Shown here: piece after piece, positions 38,281-50,913 of the stretch
Position numbering within the stretch: position 1 is the stretch's first letter
Layout of the letters: the number at the start of each line of letters is the position of its first letter
NCBI GenBank assembly: GCA_950097015.1
Contig: CATNEN010000001.1
Span: forward strand, 10,912,001 to 10,976,000
From: Macrostomum hystrix
Lineage: Eukaryota > Animalia > Platyhelminthes
Direction of reading: 5' to 3'
DNA: 64,000 bases
The notes under the pieces: model-generated
What the model was told of the DNA's origin: nothing
Seen by the model: the letters and a program-made list of their open reading frames with translations, nothing else
Database searches by the model: none
Made by a program: the position numbers and the translations under genes

Positions 38281-38500
38281 TTAATCTTATTAAATCTTAT
38301 TAAATCTTATTAAATCTTATTAAATCTTATTAAGTCTTATTAAGTCTTATTTAATCTTATTAAATCTTATTAAATCTTATTAAGTCTTATTAAGTCTTAT
38401 TTAATCTTATTAAATCTTATTAAGTCCTATTTAATCTTATTAAATCTTATTAAGTCTTATTTAATCTTATTTAATCTTATTTAATCTTATTTAATCTCAT
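38281..38500. repeat. 10-bp repeat TTAAATCTTA inside the transposon
   Basis: About 22 copies. Confidence 0.9.
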
Positions 38501-38767
38501 TTTTCTACTGCCTGAGGTAGCCATAGAAGTTACCAGCTACTTCCAAATTGTCTTTGCCACTGGGAATGTTAATATGTTAAGATACTTGTTCTTCGTAGCA
38601 TACTCATTTTATTAGTAGTCTAAAGACACAGCAGCGCTGACAAGAGTATGAATGAAATGGTAGGAATAAATCACATCAAGCTGAAAAATATATATGGAAT
38701 TGCGCATAACAAAACTTAGTCATATGTGGCACCGTACACGCAGTATTTGTTTAAACTGACGTTTCAG

Positions 38768-41700
38768 TTGGACATTCGTCAGGCACGTCAACTCCATAGG
38801 AAGGAGTACAGGCGGCGCGAGCGTGCATTGGCCGATTCCGACCCGACTGGGAGGCTTCGCCGAGGCGATGCTCTTCGGCAAAAAAGGAGGCGCGACCGCA
38901 TGCGTCAGGAGCGTCAACTGACAGCTGCAGCTCAGCCGGCAGCCGGGGCAGGTCCATCAATGTCAACGGATCTTGATGATGACAGCGAATGGCATGAGGC
39001 TGAGATTGAGGCTGAGACTGACGCTGAGGTTGATGTTGAGGATGAGGCTGGCGATGATACTGATGCTGCCGCATTTTTTACCCCGCCTAGTAGCAGCAGC
39101 AGTAGTAGTGTCTCGGACGACGATGAGCCATATGTGGACGCTAGGTTACTGGAACCCGTCTGTCCTGGAAGTCGCCATACGCATGGGAGTTTCGCTGTGG
39201 CGATGCAGCAGCTGGTGATGCGACACGGTCTGACGGGTGCAGTCGTTCGCGATGTGCTGCGCTTAATTGAGGACACATTGCCCACAGGTGCGTCCATTCC
39301 TGTATCTCCACATAGTTTACACTGTGCACTGAGTGTGGATCGGCGCCCTGGCAGGAGGACGCACTTCTGTGCTGGCTGTCTGTCCACGGTTGAAGAAAGA
39401 GACGCTGTCTGTGGTAATTGTACAGCTGCGCTGTCCACCGAGAGTCGCTGCACATATTGGAAGGCTGACGTGGCGAAGCAGCTGCGACTGCTCGTTGAGG
39501 CGGATGGCCTGCTTCAGCGGGTTACCTTCCCGGTGGACCATCAGGCCGAGCCTGGAGTACTCAGTTTATTCACTTCGAAGGGATACGAGCAGTTTAAGCA
39601 GAGGATCTGTCTCGATGCCAGGCAGGACTTATCCTACACACTTTGCATCGACGCCTTTCCTGTAAGCGACATTTTACGACTAATTCTTCCATTCAGTACT
39701 GCAGTACATGTACTAACACTTCATCCTTTGACAGGCTTTCCGACACGCTCGGATGGACATTTGTCCTGTGTACCTCAGTGTTAATGAGCTGCCGGATCGC
39801 CTTAAGGGCAACAGTGTGGTCACCTGCGGCTTCTGGTGCGGTCGCCAGAAGCTACATTCAGCGGCTTACCTACCCATTGTAGTCAAGCAGCTGAACAAAT
39901 TGAGTTGCGAAGGGGTGACCTGCAGAAGAGGATTTGGCAATGATGGTGCTCAGGTATATCGGGTCTCGAGTCAGCTGTTTACACCTCTGTGACGGTCGAC
40001 TTTGTTCACTGAAACATGGCAATCTTTACATCGTGTATCCAAATTCATGCTCCCAGGTCGGTGTCGTTCGTTTCCACCCGCTTCTGTTTCTAATGGACGC
40101 ACCTCAGCGGGCTGAGACCATGGGCATAATGCGCTTCAATGCAGTCCACGGCTGTGACAAATGCTATGCCAGGTCTGTTCCTTCTGGACATGGGCAGGCC
40201 CGCATATTTTCGCCGGATGTGGCTGCCGAGGATTTGGCCTTGGCTGCTGAGTATGGCTGCGAGCAGCCGGAATACCGCACTCTCCATGACACTGTGCACT
40301 TAGCAATGTCCGGAGGCAGCCTGGGCGTCAAGTTTGTGTCTGCCCTGAACGAACTCGTTGGATTCAACTACGTCCTGGGTGCGCTAGTAACACATTTTTT
40401 CGTTGGGTTTGCAAGTAGTGTATACTACTAGGAGTGTCACTATATATACTATGATAGAATCATACTCCACAATTTCATGACAGCCACACCACCTTGCTAT
40501 CTGCACCAGCTGTGCGAGGGCCCTGTAAAGTGGATTCTGCTACAGCTGTTTGGCATGAAGCGGCCGGATAGTAACGCATGTCAGTTTTTATTTGCCTGTG
40601 TAACATACTTGCTTAGACAGTTTAGGACTTACTAACCAGTTATTCCATTCTTATTCAACTTTTGCTCTACAGCGTCGCCCGTACTGCGAAACTCTATTCC
40701 GCTTATTGACGCGCTGACGGCCACCATTCGTGTGCCCAGAGGAGCCATTCAGCGGCCACCGAGGACGCTACGCGACCTTGGGCATTTCAGGGGTCACGAA
40801 CTGGAGGCCTGGCTCATGTTGTATGGGCCCTTAGTCTTTTCTGACGTTCTTCCGGAGATGTACGCGCAGCACTTCCTGCTGCTTTCATCCGCCTTTTTTT
40901 GGTTAACGTTGGAGAATGCGCCACTACATGAGGTGCAGCGGGCGCACATAAGCCTGCGCCATTTCGCTCATCAGATGGAGCCGCTGTACTCTAGACGGGG
41001 CCTCACGTACAATGTGCACCACGTGAGTCTGTCTCGATAGTACAGTGATGGAATTCGAGAAATACGCTTAGCCTCCTATCAATCGTACCGCACTTCACGA
41101 TATTGACCAACAATAGGTCACCAGGCATATGCACACATACGCCGACCTGTACGGACCAGTGCACAGGTTGTCTACCGGCCTATTCGAGTCTCAGCATGGA
41201 CGGCTGCTGACCAAGTTGCATGGCCGGCGGAATCTGGCACCAGAGCTGTGCAAAGTGCTGGCCGTGGAGGTGGCGTGTCGAGAGACACAGGCGTCTCTGA
41301 CACTGGCCGGTGTGACTGCGCAGCAGGAAGCAGACAAGTGCATTGCTGCTGTTAGGCTGTCCCGACCCTTGCGCTACAGGCCCGGACGCTTCCAGCGAGC
41401 ATTGTTGGCCAACGGCTTTCACGTCGAGGCCTACACGGCAAGGCTGCGACTTCGTCGGACGCTCTCCTGCTTCGTAGCGGCTTTCCATACGATCGGAGAG
41501 CTTTTTTTTGGCCGTGTACAAGAAATTCGACGAGCTGAAGACGACATTACTATCAGCATCCGCGTCCGACCGCTGCCACTGGCGGATCCACCAATGCAGC
41601 CACTGTTTTTGTTGTCGGGAATTGCAGACCCTGACCAGGCAGGCTGCAGCTACAGCCATGTTCGCCGACTGGCATGTCATCCTTTCGATGACTTGCCGGA

Positions 41701-41803
41701 CAGCGCGGACGTTTATCTACGCGCTGCGCAGATATTGGGCACTTGCGCTGTAACGGACAGTCACATTGCCCTCATGCCTCATCCCCAGATGTCACACTCG
41801 TAA
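38768..41803 (+). CDS. EnSpm/CACTA-type DDE transposase; exons 38768-39661, 39735-39953, 40057-40378, 40484-40579, 40673-41022, 41117-41803 (start exon upstream, possibly ending at 37067)
   Basis: Motifs CAGC..CGNC, LCIDAFP, PVYLSVNELP, MDAPQRA..GCDKC, YLHQLCEG, RPPRTL..FRGHELEAWLMLYGP, TYNVHH..H..YGP..STGLFESQHG. All splice phases are consistent with no stops. Confidence 0.87.
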
Positions 41804-42198
41804 CAAAGCTGAACTCATGTTGACATTAAAGAATCCATTATTGTAGGAAATAGATCGACTGCTTCTGCAGTGACTACAGTGACTGCTTCTCGTGTACCTA
41901 GACCTCCCCGACCTCCCGATCCCCGACGTTGAAGCATTTAAACTCCCCAATCCGCTAAAATTCGCACCACACACGCTGAATTTAAGATGGATGATTCATG
42001 ATTCATGATTCATTAACGCGAAGGCAAATAAGAAAATATGTCCGACCTTAATTACATGCGTTGCAATTAAGAATGCGTTGATTCAAGAAATTTACTTTGT
42101 TGCGCGTTGTACTTCTTTCTCATTCTGTTTTGTAAAAACGTAAATCAGAACACCCACATACATGTCAGCTACGTCCCTCCAATCATACCTACAGAAGC

Positions 42199-45069
42199 AT
42201 GCCAAAGCGTAGGTATATGCACAGTCCCAGTCACATTGCGGACAACACCGGTGCCATCCCAGTGCGCCCAGCAGCACAGCTAACAGTTGCATTTCGATGC
42301 GGTCGCTGCGACAAGGTCGCGGCGATTTGCTGTTCCAAGTGCCCCATTAGCTCTAAGTATTTGTGTGACGGCTGCTCCGGGGCGGTACACCTGAAGGCGC
42401 GGGGTCACCGACCTAAGAACTTGCCACACAGTAGCGTGTCACGCCTGAAACCACCTTCAAAGCTGCCAAGACGTGGTTCGAATGGCTCCGCAACTGCATC
42501 AGCAAGTGCCCAAGCTGCTGAGCCAGCCACTATTGAGGAGCCAATAAATCAGGCAGCCGTAAAGCCGGCCACAACCATCCCCAAGCGTCACACCGCTGCA
42601 TCCATGCCAGCCATTCCAGTCGGGGCATGTAAGTCTCAATTGACTGCTCAAGTTCATTGACACAAAGTCACAAGCCGAGCCTCTCAGATCCTAAGGCTGA
42701 GCAATCATCCTACCTCACAGACTTTCATGCAGAGTCGCCCGTACGACTACATCGGGATCCCCAAGCTGCTGCCGCATCCACCGTCCCGAAGTCCGTCGCC
42801 TCCGCCGCTGCTAATAAGCAGGCTGCCTCTGTCGCCGCTGCTAGTAAACAGGTTGCCTCTGTCGCCGCTGCTAGTAAGCAGGCTGCCTCTGTCGCCGCTG
42901 CTAATAAGCAGGCTGCCTCTGTCGCCGCTGCTAGTAAGCAGGCTGCCTCTGTCGCCGCTGCTAGTAAGCAGGCTGCCTCTGTCGCCGCTGCTAGTAAGCG
43001 GGCTGCCGGTGCTGCCGCTGCTGCTAATAAGCAGGCTGCCCCAGACATCGCTGCTGGAAAGCGGGCTAGCGCTGCTGCCGCTGCTCCTAATAGGCAGGCT
43101 GCCACCACAGCTACTGCTTCCATTCCAGTCGGGACAGGTACGTCTCAATTGACTGTTCAAGTTCATCGACACAAAGTCACAAGCCGAGCCTCTCAGATCC
43201 TAAGGCTGAGCAATCATCCTACCTCACAGACTTTCAGGCAGAGTCGCCCGTACGACTACATCGGGATCCCCAAGCTGCTGCCGCATCCACCGTCCCGAAG
43301 TCCGTCGCCTCCGCCGCTGCTAGTAAGCAGGCTGCCTCTGTCGCCGCTGCTAGTAAGCAGGCTGCCTCTGTCGCCGCTGCTAGTAAGCGGGCTGCCGGTG
43401 CTGCCGCTGCTGCTAATAAGCAGGCTGCCCCAGACATCGCTGCTGGAAAGCGGGCTAGCGCTGCTGCCGCTGCTCCTAATAGGCAGGCTGCCACCACAGC
43501 TACTGCTTCCATTCCAGTCGGGACAGGTACGTCTCAATTGACTGTTCAAGTTCATCGACACAAAGTCACAAGCCGAGCCTCTCAGATCCTAAGGCTGAGC
43601 AATCATCCTACCTCACAGACTTTCAGGCAGAGTCGCCCGTACTCCGGCAAAATACTCCGGCTGACCTCGCCGCATACGGTGCCGCTGCCGCGAACACCTT
43701 TACAGGCGCTGCCGCAGCTACTGGTAGGTTCATGTGGGTGTTTCAATTCATTGAGTCCGGAAACTTCAGGGCAACGAGCAGCAGCTGCTTCTTAGGGTAA
43801 CCTCCAGCTAACGGGTTTCACTAGTGGTATTACGTTTTACTGCAATGGGCTAAGAAGCCGACCCCAAGAAGCAATGTGTACAGCACTGTCTTATGGGGAC
43901 AGCAACTAAACGGGAAGCACGAGTTCGGCAACGAATGTTCAATGCGTCAAATCCCTCATTTTCAGTGTCGCTTGACTGCACGCAGTGCCACGTGCGCGAC
44001 GCTGAGCTGCAGAGTGTGCAGCACACAATGCATGGTTTGCAAGTTGAGCAACAGCGGCTCAAGGAGGATAGCGCCGCGAAGGACTTAGCCAACGCCAGGT
44101 TGCAGCAGGAGAGCACTGCAATGCGTCTCCGTATTTCGGGCCTGGAGAAGGAGCTGGATAAACTACAAGCGGAGTTGGTCCAGGTGAGCAGCACGGGGCC
44201 CAAATATCTACTCGCAAATGCTAGAAATGTCAAGACTGTATAGTCAAGCCTTTTCACTTTCTATCACTAAGGTACAGCATGACAGTTCCAGTTCAAAGGC
44301 AGCATGCAGGGCGCAATTTCTTCGCATCGCCCATTTCGCTGATGCTATCAGAGATGCAGCCAGCAGCAATGCACCAGCAGCACAGACAGTCGCGGACACG
44401 GGTGATTTTGCGTCTGGAATGCTGGCTGAGCTGATGGGCATTCCATTGGACGCGCCACATTCAGCTGCGGCTACTGTGTCCGTTGCTGCTACTGCATTCC
44501 CGCTGCCCGTTGCCGATGTTGCCGCAACTGCTGATGCCGACACATGCGGCACAGCCTGTGTCGTGACCGATATGCCCGATATGGTCTCTCTGATTCCAGG
44601 GCACCCATTCAAGGTTTCTTTCTTCCTGATGATTACGGTGATGAAAAATTGACGTTCACTTCCAAACACACAGCACAATTGTCCACCTCCTTGCTTCCAC
44701 TAGGTCAAGCCGAGAAGCTACGCGGAGGTGGTGTCCGCAACAGAAGAGAATAAGAGGTTGCGTTCCAGTCACACGCAGCTTCTGCTTGTGCGGGCTATAC
44801 TGCGCGCAGTTTTCTCGGAAGAAGACATCGCGACTAAATCATTGACCGGCCGGACTCGCAACCAGGGCACTCGCGAACTAGTGCCATCAAGTGTCCTGGA
44901 CGTTGTGCAGTCGTACTTGGTGCGCGTCGCAGGAGCTGCAGTGACGTCTGCGGATATTCAGCTAGTATTCCGCCGCTTGCGCAGTGAGCAGAGGCGCCGT
45001 GCAAAAAAGTCAGCAGTCGACCAGTCTGACCAGAATGGAGAGCCCGGCGAGGAGACTGCTCATTATTAG
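42199..45069 (+). CDS. Transposon ORF2: B-box zinc finger + Ala-rich repeats + coiled coil + C-terminal BEN-like domain; exons 42199-42628, 42721-43137, 43230-43526, 43619-43723, 43966-44183, 44272-44613, 44704-45069; ~724 aa
   Basis: CGRCDKVAAICCSKC..LCDGCSGAVHLKARGH (B-box), heptad-like QVEQQRLKED..LEKELDKLQAEL, and LLVRAILRAVFSEEDIATKSLTG..LVPSSVLDVVQSYL (BEN-like). Phases are consistent; the start codon is uncertain. Confidence 0.72.
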
Positions 45070-46333
45070 GATGCGAACTAATGGGCATGGCCATTTGTTG
45101 AGCCCGTTACTATTTGTTCCGTGTTTGTTAGTTTTGTTAAGTTTTTGTCAATTGTTAAAATTGTTAAGCCCGTTAAGGCTATAATATACTCGACGTGCTA
45201 TCCTGCTGAATTAAAAAAGTACCGCTGAATATAAAATGAAAGTACAGTGCCATAGTGATTAATTGCTCACTATAACAGTCTAATTAATAATAATGACAAT
45301 TCTAATGAAACGTAAGTCACGAAAAAATATTTCACTTTCAAACGTACTATTTTGATTCAGGCTTACATTTTTATGGATACCGGGACACAGATCATTTAAT
45401 TTGATTTCCCCGATTGAACGACTCCATGTGTGAACAGTTCTTGTAACTATTCATTTCCGAAAATATGGTACTATAAGGACCACGAGAAGCAGAAGGGAAT
45501 CAGAAATTGTTCAAATATGTTTTAAAAAATCTAAAATTACAACTCCGAGTCAAAAAGCGCTTCGAAGCGCGTCAGATCCGGCCGATACACTTCAGCGACA
45601 GCCCTATTCAAACGATTCAACTGTGAGTGAAAAACGATTCAGAAACGCCGCTAAAACGCGTCAAGTGAATCGTTTTTGACGCGTTTCCGCAAAACGCTTC
45701 AAAGTGATTCAGAAGCGCTTCAAATACGCTTCTTTTACGACGTGTACCGTGACATCTCGTCGGTTTTGAATCACACAGAATTACTTTCGCCCCAGTCCTC
45801 CATTGCAACTCCGAAAGGCTTCAAAAGCGATTCAAATGCGACGCAAACGCTTCATTTACGATTCTAGGACACAGTCACGTTTTCATCGGGACTGTTCGGC
45901 AAAGATGCAAAATAGAGCAATGTTGTAACTTTCTGTAACTAAATCGTTTTCCAATGACGATGACATTTTAGACAAAGAAGGAAGAAAATTAATAGATGGG
46001 AAAAGACGACGCAAAATTGCTGCCGGCCTCTTCAATTCGACTTGCTGCTGCAAACCGTCCATTAAATATAATGACAGATTGGGAATTCCAGATTGAAGGA
46101 GAGTGAGAAGAAGAAATTCAAGAAAAATGCATCGACAGAATGCGCAGTCACGAAATTATTTCCTAGCACTAGAAAAAATAGTTCTAAAGGAGTACAAAGC
46201 AATTAAACGTATGCGTCCGCTTCGCATACAAAAGATGATGCAGCACCTTTTCTTTTTTTCGAACACACTGTCGCCATGGAAACGATTACAATATAAAAAG
46301 GAAAAAATTATAATATAAAAAGCAACGTCCAAC

Positions 46334-46514
46334 CTTGAACGCTACGGGCAGCAGATCTTCGATCCAGACTTATGTGATAATGAGAATATGGATGACAATG
46401 AGACGATCTAATCGCGGCAGTACCAAGTCCGTGATTCCAAGTACCAATAGTTGGCGATGCAGATTGTGACACTTGAAGCTGGTGTATGCTGGGCAGTCTT
46501 GCTGGTTGAGACAT
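46334..46514 (-). CDS. Candidate first coding exon of the RNF38-like gene
   Basis: ATG 46514, 60 codons + G, then GTTGGA donor. Phase 1 matches the exon at 25265, but the donor is weak. Confidence 0.35.
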
Positions 46515-48303
46515 TGTTTGCTTAATGAATTTTTACTCTTTCACTGAAAATTATTTCAAGATGATATATTTCTTTGAAGGTAAATAATGCTGTTTTTTCC
46601 ATAGATGAAGAAAAAACAAAAAAGGAAAAAACTTAGTCAGCCTAAATCTGTTCCAGCTTTATAAATACTGTCTAATATATTTTGTTTTCTGTACTGAAGA
46701 TTGACAAAAAAATTCAAGTAACAAAATAGAATAAAAAAGCTACCATAGAAAACAACCAGTAAATTTTATCTCAAGAAACTACAGTTAAAAGGGAAAACAA
46801 AGGAAAAGAGAAAATTCCATTATGAATGCTATTTAAATCTATATATTATTGTCAACAGCAATAATTAATTTCAGACATAAGACAAAAATATTTTCAAGAA
46901 ATTTTATCAACTGGTATTTTCATTGTATTAAGTTTTTATTTATTAAGATATTTTAATGGTTCTATGCAGAATGTAATGCTTTCTGTAAGGATAACAATAA
47001 AACCAACTACACATTGTAAGTAAAACTGCAATTTTTACCCATTTGATAACTGTTAATGAGTTGCTAAAAAGAAAAAACCCTAAATTAAATATGCTACTGC
47101 TAGACTCCAGCTGCAAGAATTTTACACAAACAGTAAGCTTAAACTTAAATAGTTAGAAATTGTTTATAGCAAATACAACAAAATCAGAACACTAGTTTAG
47201 ATAAAGTGTATTGTGTCTATGAGCGACTAGAAGCTGAAAGAATGATAGAGCCGACAAAACAAATTTACAAACATAATTTTTTTATTCGGAACTCTTGGTA
47301 AAAGACAATCCAAAAGCAATTTTTAGGTGATCTTTTCAGTCAAATAAAATACATATTATATTGTATACTTCAATGCAATATACATTGATTTGTTTGATAA
47401 GGAATCTCATCTACGAAATTCTTAGTTCTTAGCGGAGCGGAAGCGCAGCTACTGAGGAATGCAGCAAGAAAAGTAGCAACTTTCTTGGTTGGTACGTTTT
47501 TTTGGCGGCGATCTATGTAAGATAATGCCAATAATTTAAATTGTTTCAAGCCAATATCTTTATTGTAATCGTGCTCTAACATACAGAAGAGTTTTTGATG
47601 AAAAACATAATAATTACTAGTGATCGATTAAAAAAACATTAGTCAGTCTTAATGAATTACAAACAAAGTACTTTTGTTTGGATGCACTCTTGTAGCACAA
47701 TTTAAACATTTTTCAAAGAAATAGAGGCGTAAATGGAATGCTTCAGCAGCATGTTTGAGTGCGTGTTGCAGTTTAGTAAATTATTTATGTTTATGAATTT
47801 AGTCGAACGTCGCAACAGTCACTATACACTGAGATTTATTGGGGGTAATGTTAACCGAGTGACATTTTAATGATAATACGAAGATCTGCAAAACTGCACA
47901 TTTTTATGAAGTCGTCTTCAACGTTAGCGACATTTTACATTTTTACCGCACTGTTAAAAATGCAAAAAATGTTTTATGTCAATGTTAAATTTTATTTTAA
48001 TGTTTTAACATGCTAAAAAACCGCAATGGTTAACAAACCCTTTTCAGGCTTAGACTATGCAGTGAACTATGTGGTAGACTATGCATAATTTACTGCAATG
48101 TTTAAAGAACCTTCATTTCAGGCTTGGACTATGCTGTGGACTATGCGCTATGCTTTGGACTTAAGCATAGCCATAGTCCTCTGCATAGTCCAAGCCTTAA
48201 ATAAGTTTTGTTAAACATTGCAGTTTTTTAACATGCTATAAACAGTACAGTAAAAACTGCTAACTTTACCGCAGGGTAATGTGTTTGAAATGTTTGAAAT
48301 TAC

Positions 48304-48785
48304 GGTCCCAGGTCATTTCGGTGACAAGACATTTCGGTGACAGTCATTTCGGTGACAGAATTGGTCAGTTCGGTGACAACTATTTTTGCACCTAAATATG
48401 CTGAGAAAACAGCCTTCCAGGATCCAGCAGCTGCTTAAAGCCTACACTCGCCTTGTCAATCCAAAACTTGAAAAAATATTATTATACACATTAGGAACGA
48501 ATAACTATTGAAACTATTGACTACTCATAAAATAATTTAATAATTTAACTCATTTAAAGTAAAACCCAGACTTATTCAGAGCGATGCAGCTTCTTATTAA
48601 TACTTTTAGCATTATTTAATTAATACTTTATAAGTGTGCATAGTTAAAATGGAAGGCCGTTTTTTAGCATATTTAGGTGCAAAAATAGTTGTCACCAATC
48701 TGACTAATTATGTCACTGAAATGACTTGAGTTGTCACTGAAATGACTGTCACTGAAATGTCTTGTCACCAACATGACCTGGGACC
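48304..48785. mobile_element. Mutator-like MITE with ~110-bp TIRs containing ATTTCGGTGAC repeats
   Basis: GGTCCCAGGTCAT...ATGACCTGGGACC termini; 8-bp TSD GAAATTAC (48296-48303, 48786-48793). Confidence 0.82.
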
Positions 48786-48829
48786 GAAATTACAATGCGG
48801 TAGGCCCTACAGTTAATAGTTTTTACCAC

Positions 48830-49506
48830 GGCAGAGCTTATTCCCACAGTCCCATGCCAATAATTTCACTTTTATCCACATGGATCCGTGCCGATAATTT
48901 TCTGCTTATCCACACAGCAGCTTGTATGAATAGGTCTACAACTCTTTGTATATACTGGGTCGTTAATTTCAATTTTATCCACATGGTTCTGTTCTTTGAA
49001 ACGAGGCCCTTTCAGGTTGAACGTTTTGTTGAACCCTCGAGACAATAGATCGACAAAGTTGCCAGTGTGTTACAACAGTGTTCTACATTTCGACCTACAC
49101 ATTCATTAACCGACATTAGGCCCTAATGTCATCCTTTTTAATTAATTTAATAACAACTCACTAAATCTAGTTTGTCATCGTTATGTGTTTTCATTCAAAT
49201 TGTATTGACTTAAAAAGTAAAAAGTCTATCAAAGAAAATCATACAAGTCAACCAGCAGAATTCTAGTCAGCACCAAACTTGTCACACATTATACATTATT
49301 GTTATTATTTTACACTATGCATTGATAGTGTACACTATACACTATACTCTGAAGCAAAAGCCTTATGCTCAGAGAAGAATAGGTAGGGACTTGAAAGTAG
49401 ACCTATTCATACAAGCTGCCATATGGATAAGTAGAAGATTATCGGCATGGATCCCTGTGGATAAAATTGAAATTATCGGCATGGGACTGTGGGAATAAGC
49501 ACTTCC
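48830..49506. mobile_element. Mutator-like MITE with ~110-bp TIRs
   Basis: GGCAGAGCTTATTCCCACAGTCCCATGCC...GGCATGGGACTGTGGGAATAAGCACTTCC; 9-bp TSD TTTTACCAC (48821-48829, 49507-49515). Confidence 0.85.
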
Positions 49507-50913
49507 TTTTACCACACATTAAAATGTCGCTAACATCAACTACAGATTGATTTTCTTTTCTGTCAAAAGGGTGGAATTTCTTAAATAATTAGTAAGCCTG
49601 CTAACCAACTTAAAAAATAAAGAGTGATCTATTTGGCAGCTGTGCAGACCATTATTTAATAACTTGTAATGTATCCCCATTCAGCTCACAACTTTTGAAT
49701 CCCCGGAAGATATTGGTACAATAAAAAAATATTGCATATATTGATAAATCCACTTTCAAGAAAAGTTCATGAAATTAATGTATCTGAATCCAACTATGAG
49801 CTATGTTGAAAATTCCCACAACTTTTTGGACACCCCTCATAAAAAGAACAAAATACAGAGAAATAGGAAGCACTAGTATTCCAGATCTATAATTAGGCCA
49901 TTTTAGAAAATGGTAGTTGGTTATATGTATAGATAATGATATATTTGAGAAAAAGAATTTATTCACAGTAAATATATATCAAGATAATTAATTTACAGTA
50001 GCCTTTAACTCTATTTGAATGCCAATGGTATACTAGCTATACAAATTATGTCATTATACTTTTTTATACTAAAGTGAAGTTGACAAATTTACCTAGTAAC
50101 TTAGTAAATGAATAAAACGTTGATGAGTATACCTGGATCCTAATTTATATTGACTGCTTGAATGAGCATCAAGTGGCTTGACTCAAAGAATGAGCCCTAT
50201 CAAACTAATGTGTGCCTCTTGCATGTGCTGCAGGACCAGCTCCTACTGTCATTGTAGTTGCAACTAGTTTGACACTAATAGCTACAATGCTAGCCTGGGG
50301 AATGGGCACAGTCCCTGCTATTGCTCAGCAGTCTGTTGCCAGCCACTTGATGCATGAGTTGGCCAACTCAGTGAGGGCCATTACCTCCCAGTTGATGTCC
50401 AGGTCACTAAGCTCCATGGCAGGCCTCAGGAGTTGCGGATCTATGATGTAGCAAGGTGCTTGCTTTTGGCCAGCCATGGTTAGCCCCATTTGTTGTTTCA
50501 ACTTTTGAAAAAAATTCTCTTTGTTCCATTTGTTACACTCCATAAACTCAAAACAATTTCTGGATCCAAATTATCTATTGTAGTTTCCATTAAAAAAATT
50601 CACAATTTGTAACTGATGCAAGCTGTTGATGTAACTTATTAAATAATGAAAGTTTGAATAATAAGTGAAAAAAGAAAGGAAAATAAAAGTGAGGGAATAT
50701 ATTTTTGGTTGCAAACATTTTTCTGGAATAATTTTTCTTTCATCACTTTTCAGGACTTTTTGCATACTTTCGCATTTTTATAGAAGTCTAAGTAAAGTTG
50801 TATGCTTTTGTCTATTATCAACAAAAGTACTCAAATGGTTTGCATTTTAGCACCACAATAGAGCAACTGTCAATTTATTAAACCAAAATCAAAGTTGAAG
50901 TTTATAGAAAACA

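Larger units (their letters stand above)
35709..45890 (+). mobile_element. EnSpm/CACTA (CMC) DNA transposon, ~10.2 kb, apparently autonomous
   Basis: TIR CCCGATGAAAACGT...ACGTTTTCATCGGG; 3-bp TSD ACT (35706-35708, 45891-45893). Subterminal GATTCAAATGCG/AAACGATTC repeats at both ends; transposase and a second gene inside. Confidence 0.9.

Noticed and set aside
50130-50543. GC-richer stretch with short ORFs upstream of Leo1
   Set aside because: In-frame stops and no recognisable motif; possibly a decayed TE fragment but unsupported.
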